Shown piece after piece: positions 39,777 through 48,835 of a DNA stretch of 64,000 nucleotides (positions within the stretch are counted from its first letter, which is position 1; every line of letters begins with the position of its first letter). The notes under the pieces are model-generated. The model did not search any database and was not told where the DNA came from. It saw only the letters and a program-made list of their open reading frames with translations. This DNA is from Candidatus Saccharimonadales bacterium (lineage in GTDB: Bacteria > Patescibacteriota > Saccharimonadia > UBA4664 > DATIHN01). A program made the position numbers and the translations under genes. The stretch is taken from the NCBI GenBank assembly GCA_035480635.1, contig DATIHN010000019.1:16260-80259 (forward strand). Reading direction: 5' to 3'.

Positions 39777-39876
39777 TTTGGGGCGAGTGATGGGGCTCCC
39801 GCCAGCCGGCGGATAAACTTCTCGCCCCCTTCTTTACATCAAAAAATGCCGATGACACTGGGTCACCAGCATTTTT
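39777..39876 (-). mobile_element. tRNA-His-linked mini-element ending in duplicated tRNA 3' end
   Basis: 22-bp direct repeat TTTGGGGCGAGTGATGGGGCTC (39777-39798 vs 39875-39896); CCGCCAGCCGGCGG at 39799-39812. Confidence 0.7.
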
Positions 39877-39954
39877 TGGGGCGAGTGATGGGGCTCGAAC
39901 CCACGACCTACTGGACCACAACCAGTCGCTCTAACCTACTGAGCTACACCCGCC
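39877..39954 (-). tRNA. tRNA-His (GTG), encoded G-1 and CCA
   Basis: Anticodon loop TTGTGGT; C discriminator. Confidence 0.95.
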
Positions 39955-40105
39955 GCACGAAAACAAATTATAACAGAAATTATGGCGGATGGCGAATAAT
40001 ATATGAGGTTAAATGCTTGACAAATTGTATATATAATCCTATGATTCGCCAATCACCACTCGGTGAGGAAATCGTGGGGTACTCGACAAGTAGAGGGGGT
40101 CAGCT

Positions 40106-40459
40106 ATGAATCAAAAAGCGCGGCTGGCTTCGTACATCGAGGCCGCCATCATCATGACGAACATCGTCGATCCGGTGGGTGAGTGCGGCAGCTGTGGCGA
40201 AAGGGTTGATGCTTGGATGCGCCAACACGTCAACTTGTACGGACAGCCGATTCCAACGATTTGCGTGGTCGAGTTCAAGTACTTGGCAGCATTCTTTGGT
40301 CCTGGTGTTCTGGAGGGAAGCAAGGAAGCCGCCAGAACTCTCAGCTGCACCTATGGCTTGCCCTTTGTTGGCTGGGTTACTGGGAACGTCCCGAATCGAC
40401 GTGGTTCGCCACATTGTCGACAGATCTACAGGCCGTGGGGTCCAGCTGAATGGGACTAG
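40106..40459 (+). CDS. Cys-rich hypothetical protein
   Basis: GAGGGG SD; TTGACA-17-TATGAT promoter near 40017; CxxC pairs. Confidence 0.5.
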   Translation: MNQKARLASYIEAAIIMTNIVDPVGECGSCGERVDAWMRQHVNLYGQPIPTICVVEFKYLAAFFGPGVLEGSKEAARTLSCTYGLPFVGWVTGNVPNRRGSPHCRQIYRPWGPAEWD

Positions 40460-40504
40460 GCCCCAACTGTGCGCAGCCGCTAACGTGGCTGCGCACAAAC
40501 TTTT

Positions 40505-41677
40505 TTAAATCGCTTGAGCACAAATTGGGCAGACCTCGGTTTCTTCAAAACCGGATTCCCAAGTCCGAAAAGCTTTGCCCATCGGCATGAATTGCAAAAA
40601 TAGTCTAAGATCGGCTAATCGCCGTAAAACCCACCCTAGGTAACCGTAGATGCTGAGTTTACCCCATTGAACAGCCGCCCAATTTGGCCCGACCGGTATG
40701 GCGCTGATCGGTTTTTTGGCTTGGTAAGGCTGCGTATGGCCCTTAGTTATGAGTTCGGTCACATAATTGGCATCGTGGAGGGCAGTTTGGGCTATCCCGC
40801 AGTAGGGCGTATCGGCGTTATCGCCGATGACGTAAACGTGGGGCAGCGCCATCAAATGCTCATCGACTGCCACCCGCCCACCCTTACCAAATTTAAAGGT
40901 TTGGCCTTGAGAAGCGAAAAACGGATTATTAGTAACACCGGCTGTCCAAGCCACGATGTGCGAGCTGATGTGCCCGCGGGGCAAGTCGAGTTGATCAACT
41001 TCCTCGCTCATGACCCGAGTATTTAGATGTACGTCGATTCCCAAGTGTTTCAAGTGGGCACTTACTCGGCGGGCATAGGCTTCGGGTAATGCCGGCAACA
41101 GTCTGGGGCCAGCTTCAATCACATCGATGGCATAGGCTTTGTTTAAGTGATGGGACTTGCGAATATGCTTGATGTAGGCCGAGAGTTCACCAGCCAGTTC
41201 AACCCCCGTCGGTCCGCCGCCGATAACAACATAATTATGCTCGGCCCTTTGGCCACTGACTAAATCTTCATGAAGCTTGCGTTTAAATTCTAAGGCCTCT
41301 TGAATACTCTTAATGCCGTATGAATATTCAGCTAAACCTTTGATACCCATATAGTTAGTTACGCTACCCAGAGCCAAAATCATCTCATCGTAGGGGTAGA
41401 CCGAACCACTGGCGCCGATAACTTTTTGGCCCGAAATATCTAGTTCAGTGACCTCATCACAAACTACCTCGATGTTTTGGTCTGACTCAAAAAAGTCGGC
41501 TAGAGAAATAGCTGATTCAAACGGCGATCGGCCGGTGGCTGCGCGATACAGAGCCGGGTGGTATTCGAAGTAGTTGTTTTTAGAGATTAACTTAACGCTG
41601 TAGTCGGCCTGGCCAGCCAGATTAATAGCGGCCCGCACACCCCCAAAGCCACCCCCAACAATTACGATCCGCTTCAC
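40505..41677 (-). CDS. ndh: Type II NADH dehydrogenase-like FAD oxidoreductase
   Basis: GGGFGG and GGGPTGVELAGE Rossmann motifs, WTAG, IGD. Confidence 0.85.
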   Translation of the reverse strand: MKRIVIVGGGFGGVRAAINLAGQADYSVKLISKNNYFEYHPALYRAATGRSPFESAISLADFFESDQNIEVVCDEVTELDISGQKVIGASGSVYPYDEMILALGSVTNYMGIKGLAEYSYGIKSIQEALEFKRKLHEDLVSGQRAEHNYVVIGGGPTGVELAGELSAYIKHIRKSHHLNKAYAIDVIEAGPRLLPALPEAYARRVSAHLKHLGIDVHLNTRVMSEEVDQLDLPRGHISSHIVAWTAGVTNNPFFASQGQTFKFGKGGRVAVDEHLMALPHVYVIGDNADTPYCGIAQTALHDANYVTELITKGHTQPYQAKKPISAIPVGPNWAAVQWGKLSIYGYLGWVLRRLADLRLFLQFMPMGKAFRTWESGFEETEVCPICAQAI

Positions 41678-42210
41678 GCTCTGGCTTTAACGAAGGCCAG
41701 CAATGCCAGTAGCAGCATGACGCCGGCTCCAATCAAAGCCACACAGGCGGCATAGGCCGAAACCATTCCAAAGACGGAGAAGGCATAGGCTGTTAGTAAG
41801 CTGGAGCGGAGCATATCACCTTGGAAGAGGACGTTTTTTAAGGCAGCCAGTTTGGCATCGGTCGGGGCGGCTTGAGCGGCCGAGGAAACCTCGGCATAGG
41901 TTTTACCGCCGCTAGCTTTCATCATGTGTTCCCAAATGAATTCATCGGCGTAGGCTTTGGCCTTGGGTCCGGTATCAACGGCCTGGCCACCGTAGCGTTG
42001 CAAACCAGGGAATTCACTGGCACTTAAACCGGCACTGCCTGCCGCTGGGAAGGTAATTTTTTCTTGGACCAACTGTGAGCGGACTCTGGAAGTAGCGAAG
42101 TTATAACCCAAGCGAGCGAATCCGGCGCCAACCACCAACACCAGAGCTAAGACAACCCCGATTGAACCAAGGACGCTATAAAACTCTTTTTGCGAAATAT
42201 TTTTTGCCAT
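41674..42210 (-). CDS. Conserved two-TM membrane protein
   Basis: QLVQEKITFP...AYADEFI...GGKTYAE...LFQGDMLR; coupled to ndh. Confidence 0.75.
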   Translation of the reverse strand: MAKNISQKEFYSVLGSIGVVLALVLVVGAGFARLGYNFATSRVRSQLVQEKITFPAAGSAGLSASEFPGLQRYGGQAVDTGPKAKAYADEFIWEHMMKASGGKTYAEVSSAAQAAPTDAKLAALKNVLFQGDMLRSSLLTAYAFSVFGMVSAYAACVALIGAGVMLLLALLAFVKARA

Positions 42211-42255
42211 GACTAAGCCTTTTGATTAAATCCTAACATCATTTTAACATAAGCT

Positions 42256-45200
42256 CTATCCGCTAGTTCCCCATTTGGCTGCCAGTATCGAAAGATCGAG
42301 AATATTCACAACGCCATCACCGTTCAAATCGCCTTGAGCAGCAGTCGCACCAGTCCGGCCATAATTCGCCGCAAAGATCGAAAGATCAAGAATGTTTACA
42401 ATACCGTCATGATTAATGTCAGCCGGACCACCCCCGCCCCCGCTAGAGGTAAAGTTGGGACCTTTGGCGTTGCCGGTGTTGAGGTAATCGTGACCAAACA
42501 TGTTCCAAGAGTTGCTGGTGCTCGATACACCAGGAATCTCCCACATGAATAGATGCAAATTCCTGGGCACTCCATACCCATCAGGCTGCCAGTCGCCGAC
42601 GCCTAACTCTACTTTGCCGTTGTTATCCAGGTCGTTGACTGCTAACGGCGCTTCAAAGTCGTTAATGATGGCACCATTGGCGGAATCAATAAAGGATCGC
42701 TGCCATAGGACGCTCGATAAATCACCGACATTGATAATGCCTTGGTAAGGTGCAGCAAAGACCACCTTACCACTAGTACCAACACCAGCCACCGAGACGT
42801 TAGGTCTGGATTGTAGATCCGTGGTGATGGGGTAGAGTTGTCCGGCACCATTAATGATACTGACATTGCGCAAGCCAACTGCTACATCGTCCTTACCGTC
42901 GCCATTATAGTCAAAGACGATCGGAGAGGTTTGGACAGGCTGGGATTGATTGATGAGGTTGTGGTTAATTGCAAGGGCTGGCGGCCAACCAGGTATCAAA
43001 GTACCGTCTTTTTTAACAGCGTAAACCGCAGCCAAATAAGTACTGTTGGAATTTGATTGGCCGACCGCAACCACATCTTTTACACCATCACTATTTAAAT
43101 CACCGATTGCGACTGCGGAGTAAAACTGCATGGCTTGGCCGTTAAACAGCGGCGGGGTAAAAGGCCAACCGGGTAGTACAGTGCCAGTATTATCAAAGGC
43201 ATATAACTGGCCTTTGAAGCCAAAGATTATTTCGGGCTTACCATCACCATCCAGGTCAACCACTGTTGGCCGGGGCGAACTGATGGGAACGTCGGGAGTA
43301 CTAAATGGCAGAACCTTGGGGAACCCAGGAGCGGAAGTGCCATCAAGGTGCTTGGCGTAGATATAGTTGTAACCGTCAAGAGTTGTGAAAGAGATGAGTT
43401 CCTTTTTACCGTCACCATCAAGATCTGCCACCACTGGCGTCATATCGCTAAGATCAGCATCGGCAATCCTAACGTAAGGCGTAAAACCAGGATAGGCCGT
43501 GCCGTCATTTTTATAGACTCGGGTCACAGCGCAGGGGTAGCAAATGTCTTGATCGAAGTTGGTTTCAGTGGTAATTATTTCTGGTTTGCCATCACCATCG
43601 ATATCAACAATTGACGGCGCTTGGGTAGTATAATTGTAGTCCGGTCCGATAGTTATCGGGAACCCGGGCAAGCTGGTGCCATCACGGTGAAAGGCGTAAA
43701 GTTTATTACTCGAACTGGTAACAACTACATCCAGCACCCCATCGCCATCGACATCACTATAAGTAACAGTCGAAATACAGTTGGCACAGTCGGGCGATGC
43801 CGGCAGCGCTTTGGGCCAACCGACAACCACATCATTATCGGTGTCCAGTTGGCTGACTGTACTGGTTGTAGCTCCGTTGCTAGCATTAACAGTTAGCCTG
43901 AGCAGATATTTTTGCCCTAGCACAAGCGTCGAGGTATTCCAGGTCCCGAGCTGGCCATTGGTAACAGCTAGGGTACCACTATTGGTTAAAGTAATGCCGC
44001 TAATGGACCAGGCAGTTGGATTGCTAACTGGAGCCCATTCGAGTTTATAGTTGGCAAATTGCAAACCGTTTTTGGTTACAGCCGTACCGGTTATTGGCGC
44101 CACCGTGGCTGGTTTTACCAAGGTAAAGGGCGAATCAATCGCAATATCAAAGTTATCAATCGTGACATCAAAAATTTGGGCATAATCAATTTTGCCAGCC
44201 GAGTTTGTGGCTGCCAGTCGAAAAGTATAGGCGCCATCTGGTATATGGGTACTATCAAAAGTGGCTAGCGTGGTTGTAGCGGTCGGCTGGGTAGTCGAGG
44301 TCACAAGCGTAGACCAGGAGGATGGTTCACGACCTAAGCCGTATTCGATTTTGTAGTTACTAAAGCCGCTACCCCCGACAGATCCTGTGATGGTGGCAGC
44401 GCTGCCAAAAATAGTGGCCCGGCTAGAAGGGGTGGCAATAATCGGAGTCAGTGGGTGGGTGGTTGCCAGCGCCATGGAGCCGGCGGCGTTAATGCGGCCA
44501 TAACCGAACGAATCATCCTTGCCCGCCGTGCCGATGTCGTCAGCCCCCTGGCGGATAATTTGCTTAAGTTCATCAACATTTAGAGCCGGATTCTTAGCTA
44601 GCAGCAGGGCTGCTTGTCCTGCCACGTGGGGTGAGGCCATGGAAGTACCACGAGCAATGGCGTAATTACCGCTAGGGTCACTGGCTAGTGGCGGGAAAAC
44701 GCTACCAGACTGAGACGATCGCGTGGACAATATAAAGTCATCGGTGCCGCCCCAGGCCGCCGCATCACCACCTGGGGCTGCCACGTCGATCTTGGCTCCC
44801 TTGTTGGAAAAACCAGCCTTTTGGTCGTTGGCACCACTGGCGGCTACGGCTACAGCATAATCGGCGCTGGCTGGGTTAAAGTCCAGTGAATCGGTGTTGG
44901 AGTTGCCAGCAGCCGCTACGAACAAAGTGCCTTTGTCGTGTTCGTACTTGACGGCATCGTCCATCATTTGGGAGGTGCCACCACCACCGTAGCTATTGTT
45001 GGTCACGCGGGCGCCCATGTCGGCCGCATACTGGATACCCGTTGCAATCACGTCAGCATAACCACTCCCAGTTGCATCAAGAATTTTAACGGCCATGATT
45101 TTGCTTCTCCAGTTGACGCCGACGACGCCAATACCGTTGTTACCAGCAGCACCAATGGTGCCGGCCGTGTGGGTGCCGTGGCCGTGGTCGTCCATGGGGT

Positions 45201-46014
45201 CGCCATCGTTATTAATAAAGTCCCAGCCGTAATAATCGTCAACATAGCCGTTACCATCGTCATCAATGCCGTTACCAGGGATTTCGGCGGTATTAACCCA
45301 CATATTGCTAGCCAAGTCGGGGTTATTGCGATCCACACCAGTATCAATGCTGGCCACCACGATGCCAGTTGAGCCAGTGGTTTGGTCCCAGGCGCTAGCG
45401 GCATTAATTTTCTTAAGCCCCCATAAATCACTGGGCGTGCCCCATAAACTACTGGAACTGTAATAGGGATCGTTGGGGATTAGTTGGGCGTGATTAACAA
45501 AATTGGGTTCAGCTACCTCAATTGCGCCACTGGCCTCAAGCTGCTTTTTGGCAATTACAAACCTTTGCTTGCCCCGGTCCTTACTGTTACCGCCGGCATT
45601 ATAGGTCCGGCCAGGGCTAGTTGGATCGCTGGCTAGAGTAATTTTATACCAACGAAATAATGGACTAGCCGGATTGGAGTTTTTAGAGGGGCTAGCCACT
45701 CGGCTAAATTTGGTGGCCTTTAGTTTCCGATTGACGGCGTTCAAACCAGCGTTGCCGGTGTCATTGGGATTGCCAGTATGTTTGGCTCTGGCTGCCGCGG
45801 CTGGGGTAAGTCGCACCAAGACCTCATTACTGGCGGCATCAACTTCGGCACCACTAGTGGCTGCCGGTGGTCCGGGGCGCCCACTACCGCGCGAAAACAA
45901 GACCCAAAAAATTCCACCAACCGCTAAAATGCCCGCAATAACAAAGACAGTCGATCGGGAAAACTTTGGTCTACGGAGCTTGTTTACCAATTTAATAAGT
46001 TTTTTCCGCCTCAT
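42256..46014 (-). CDS. Secreted S8 subtilase with FG-GAP/VCBS-like repeats and C-terminal dockerin
   Basis: IDTG, HGTHTAG, GTSMASP triad; DxDGDG repeats; duplicated D(I/L)NxDGxVNILDLS. Confidence 0.92.
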   Translation of the reverse strand: MRRKKLIKLVNKLRRPKFSRSTVFVIAGILAVGGIFWVLFSRGSGRPGPPAATSGAEVDAASNEVLVRLTPAAAARAKHTGNPNDTGNAGLNAVNRKLKATKFSRVASPSKNSNPASPLFRWYKITLASDPTSPGRTYNAGGNSKDRGKQRFVIAKKQLEASGAIEVAEPNFVNHAQLIPNDPYYSSSSLWGTPSDLWGLKKINAASAWDQTTGSTGIVVASIDTGVDRNNPDLASNMWVNTAEIPGNGIDDDGNGYVDDYYGWDFINNDGDPMDDHGHGTHTAGTIGAAGNNGIGVVGVNWRSKIMAVKILDATGSGYADVIATGIQYAADMGARVTNNSYGGGGTSQMMDDAVKYEHDKGTLFVAAAGNSNTDSLDFNPASADYAVAVAASGANDQKAGFSNKGAKIDVAAPGGDAAAWGGTDDFILSTRSSQSGSVFPPLASDPSGNYAIARGTSMASPHVAGQAALLLAKNPALNVDELKQIIRQGADDIGTAGKDDSFGYGRINAAGSMALATTHPLTPIIATPSSRATIFGSAATITGSVGGSGFSNYKIEYGLGREPSSWSTLVTSTTQPTATTTLATFDSTHIPDGAYTFRLAATNSAGKIDYAQIFDVTIDNFDIAIDSPFTLVKPATVAPITGTAVTKNGLQFANYKLEWAPVSNPTAWSISGITLTNSGTLAVTNGQLGTWNTSTLVLGQKYLLRLTVNASNGATTSTVSQLDTDNDVVVGWPKALPASPDCANCISTVTYSDVDGDGVLDVVVTSSSNKLYAFHRDGTSLPGFPITIGPDYNYTTQAPSIVDIDGDGKPEIITTETNFDQDICYPCAVTRVYKNDGTAYPGFTPYVRIADADLSDMTPVVADLDGDGKKELISFTTLDGYNYIYAKHLDGTSAPGFPKVLPFSTPDVPISSPRPTVVDLDGDGKPEIIFGFKGQLYAFDNTGTVLPGWPFTPPLFNGQAMQFYSAVAIGDLNSDGVKDVVAVGQSNSNSTYLAAVYAVKKDGTLIPGWPPALAINHNLINQSQPVQTSPIVFDYNGDGKDDVAVGLRNVSIINGAGQLYPITTDLQSRPNVSVAGVGTSGKVVFAAPYQGIINVGDLSSVLWQRSFIDSANGAIINDFEAPLAVNDLDNNGKVELGVGDWQPDGYGVPRNLHLFMWEIPGVSSTSNSWNMFGHDYLNTGNAKGPNFTSSGGGGGPADINHDGIVNILDLSIFAANYGRTGATAAQGDLNGDGVVNILDLSILAAKWGTSG

Positions 46015-46075
46015 AAAGCTTGCGCTTATATTATGGGTACATAATCAGGTTCGGTCAATCTGTGGCTTGGGTTGG

Positions 46076-47731
46076 CTAAAATCCGTGGCGAATGTGGGCT
46101 AGGGAATAATCCCACTTGGCATCAACTTTTTTGTGGGGATTGAAGATATCGTCGGGATCAAAGATTTTTTTTGCCTCGCGGAAGATATTCATCATCTCGG
46201 GACCATACATTTCTTCCAAGAATGGTCCTCGAACCAGGCCATCGTTGTGCTCGCCCGACAGGGATCCACCGAAACCTAGCACCAAATGATTAACTTGTTT
46301 CATTAACTCCGGAATTTTAGCCCGCTCGCGAGGATCGGCTAGGTCCATTAGCGGGATTATGTGAAAGTTGCCGTCACCAACATGGCCGGCGATGGTGTAG
46401 ACGATGTCGGCAGCATCAAGCAGTTTTTGAAGTTTAGGTAAAAACTCTGGTAATTTGGCTGGCGGCACCACTAAATCATCGATGAAGGGCGCGGTGTGCT
46501 TGTCTTTGACGTTATGGCGCAATAAGTTGAAACTTTCTCGCCTAATTAGCCAGTAACGCTTGGCTTTGCCGGCCGTTTCGGCTCGCTCGGTTAAGACATT
46601 TAATTCGGCTTGATGTAAGCGTTGTTCCAGATCAACCACTTTGGCCCGAACTTCATCTTCGCTATCGCCTTCGAACTCGGCTAACGCTACCAACTTAGGT
46701 ATTCCTCGTCGCAGCATCCACAGATCCGGGATAAATTGGAATGCCAGCTTGATGGTGGCGGCAATTCCCAGGATTTTCCAAAAGCTGAAAAAGAACCGGA
46801 TGGCTAGTATCAAAGAATGATCATCAAAGACTTCGAAACTATCGGGTTTGGTTGGAAGCGTGGTGGTAATTAATGAACCCAGTGGTTCTAGATCTTTCAA
46901 ATAAATAATCAACATGCCGCTGAAAGGTTTGGCCTCAACCAGGCCAAATTCAATTTCGGTAATTAGACCCAAAGTTCCTTGCGAGCCTACAAACAGTTTA
47001 GACAGATCAAAAGTCTCTTTATCCCAAACATCCCAGAGGTTGTAGCCGGTCGAATTTTTACTAACTTTAGGTTTGGCAGCCTTAATTTGATCGTAATTTT
47101 TTTCAATTAGTTTATAAACCTTGTGGTAAACTTCACCTTCGAAATCACGCTGTTGGAGCTTTTGATTTAGCTCCGCTTGATTCAGGGGCTTCAGAGTGTA
47201 GGACTGACCATCAGACAATATGACTTTAAGTCGACGTATATAATCAATAGTTTTGCCATAACGTAAAGTCTTTTCGCCGCCGGCATTATTAGCCGCCATA
47301 CCGCCAACTGTGCAAATTTCGCGGCTGGCTGGGTAGGATGGCATCAGCAGACCGTGGGCCAGAGTGCGTTTTTCGAACTTGCGATAAAAAACACCTGGTT
47401 GGGTCGAGATGTGATGACCGTCAATTTTGCCCAGGTGGTGCATGTATTTGTTGACGTCCAATATAATCGAATCATTGATGGCGCCACCACTCATATCGGT
47501 GCCGCCGCTGCGGGCCGTGATTGATAAAAAGGGCAGATCGGCCTTGCGTTGCCGAACAAAATTCACGACCTTCGAGATATCATGTTCGTTTTTGGGGAAA
47601 ACGACTAACTGCGGTCGAAGTTCAAACATACTGGCATCATGAGAGTACTTTTTCAAAGTCCGAGCCGAAGATGATACCTTTCCTTGTTTTCGGCCCCGCA
47701 GTTCTCGTTGTAATTCTTTGGTCCACCTCAT
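46076..47731 (-). CDS. FAD-binding oxidoreductase (GlcD/D-lactate dehydrogenase family)
   Basis: RSGGTDMSG, GGMAANNAGG, GSQGTLG, GHVGDGNFH, GEHNDG, DPDDIFNP. Confidence 0.9.
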   Translation of the reverse strand: MRWTKELQRELRGRKQGKVSSSARTLKKYSHDASMFELRPQLVVFPKNEHDISKVVNFVRQRKADLPFLSITARSGGTDMSGGAINDSIILDVNKYMHHLGKIDGHHISTQPGVFYRKFEKRTLAHGLLMPSYPASREICTVGGMAANNAGGEKTLRYGKTIDYIRRLKVILSDGQSYTLKPLNQAELNQKLQQRDFEGEVYHKVYKLIEKNYDQIKAAKPKVSKNSTGYNLWDVWDKETFDLSKLFVGSQGTLGLITEIEFGLVEAKPFSGMLIIYLKDLEPLGSLITTTLPTKPDSFEVFDDHSLILAIRFFFSFWKILGIAATIKLAFQFIPDLWMLRRGIPKLVALAEFEGDSEDEVRAKVVDLEQRLHQAELNVLTERAETAGKAKRYWLIRRESFNLLRHNVKDKHTAPFIDDLVVPPAKLPEFLPKLQKLLDAADIVYTIAGHVGDGNFHIIPLMDLADPRERAKIPELMKQVNHLVLGFGGSLSGEHNDGLVRGPFLEEMYGPEMMNIFREAKKIFDPDDIFNPHKKVDAKWDYSLAHIRHGF

Positions 47732-48741
47732 TTGGCTGGCTCACCAAAATTCGGTGGTGGCACCACTAAGTAAGAAATTAAGAGCCCAAAAATAGCTGAA
47801 ACCACAATAGCACCGGTCCACATATGCACGCTCCACCAAACGGATTTGGTGGCAAAGATAACTATGAAGTAAGTTGCCGCAAAAACGGCGCCAAGAGTAG
47901 TCGCGTAGATTCGTAATCCTAAGATGCTGCGGCCGCTGCTTTGCCATCGTTCCAATAGAACATCGGCTGCTAGCCCAGTCAGTAAGGCTGCCGGTACCAC
48001 CTCAAAGCTACCTCGCATCAAGGCCAAAACCAAAGCGTTTAAAGTCAAAGCCACCGTAAACAAGCCAGAGCGAGCAATGCCGCGCCGCATTACTAGAAGG
48101 GCCAGCCCGACCAAAATTGAAACCTGCAACATAAAACCCAGAATACCTAGGGCCTGGCCTTGGTTAACATCCAACGGAGCCACGGTCAGAACCTGTTCGA
48201 CGTAGGGGTGAGCCCATTGGGTCACTAGCGTAAAAGCCGACAGCAGATAGGTAAAACCCAGGATGCCCGGCCAAGCACGAGCCTGTTCAACATCAAGTTC
48301 GATACCCCGGCGCCAAGCCGACATAAACGGGGCGCTAACCAATATGGTCAGGCCAATCATGATACCAATGTGGGTCGGGCTAAAGGCGGCTTCCAGCTGG
48401 TGTTCGATGCCAAAGAGGGTGTGCCAAATAGCATCGCCAGCTCCAGCGATTAAAAACAAAATCGTCGCCCAAAAGGCCGTTTGGTAGCCAGCTGGCATAC
48501 AGCGCTTAAAACTAAAACCAGCTCGGTGATTGCGCCAAGCGGTAAAAAAGACCAGGGCCGCTAAACCCATAAATCCGGAATAGAGAACCCCGTGCGGTAC
48601 GTTAATGAATGACTCTAGTTCGGGATGATGAGTGTGGCTCCAAGCATCAAAGTAGAGACCGCCCAAAAACCAGGCGCACAATAAGACATAAACCCCCTCA
48701 AAAAACGGCGTCACGGCTGGGACTTTAGAACTGGCGGCCAT
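47728..48741 (-). CDS. Polytopic membrane protein with two DxxxH...PH/PxH motifs
   Basis: About 10 TM; FDAWSH...VPH and GDAIWH...SPTH. Confidence 0.8.
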   Translation of the reverse strand: MAASSKVPAVTPFFEGVYVLLCAWFLGGLYFDAWSHTHHPELESFINVPHGVLYSGFMGLAALVFFTAWRNHRAGFSFKRCMPAGYQTAFWATILFLIAGAGDAIWHTLFGIEHQLEAAFSPTHIGIMIGLTILVSAPFMSAWRRGIELDVEQARAWPGILGFTYLLSAFTLVTQWAHPYVEQVLTVAPLDVNQGQALGILGFMLQVSILVGLALLVMRRGIARSGLFTVALTLNALVLALMRGSFEVVPAALLTGLAADVLLERWQSSGRSILGLRIYATTLGAVFAATYFIVIFATKSVWWSVHMWTGAIVVSAIFGLLISYLVVPPPNFGEPAK

Positions 48742-48835
48742 TAAGCCATATTATAACACTAATGCTTAGCTCCAACTCTGGCCAAGGTGTTAGAATAGTG
48801 CTAAAGCTTTACAAATATGCAAAAGGAAGGTTAAT

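Noticed and set aside
39846-40109. ORFs overlapping tRNA genes (also 53408-53843, 55900-56088, and the 5' extension of 59825)
   Set aside because: They overlap clear tRNA cloverleafs or the tRNA-linked element; not credible proteins
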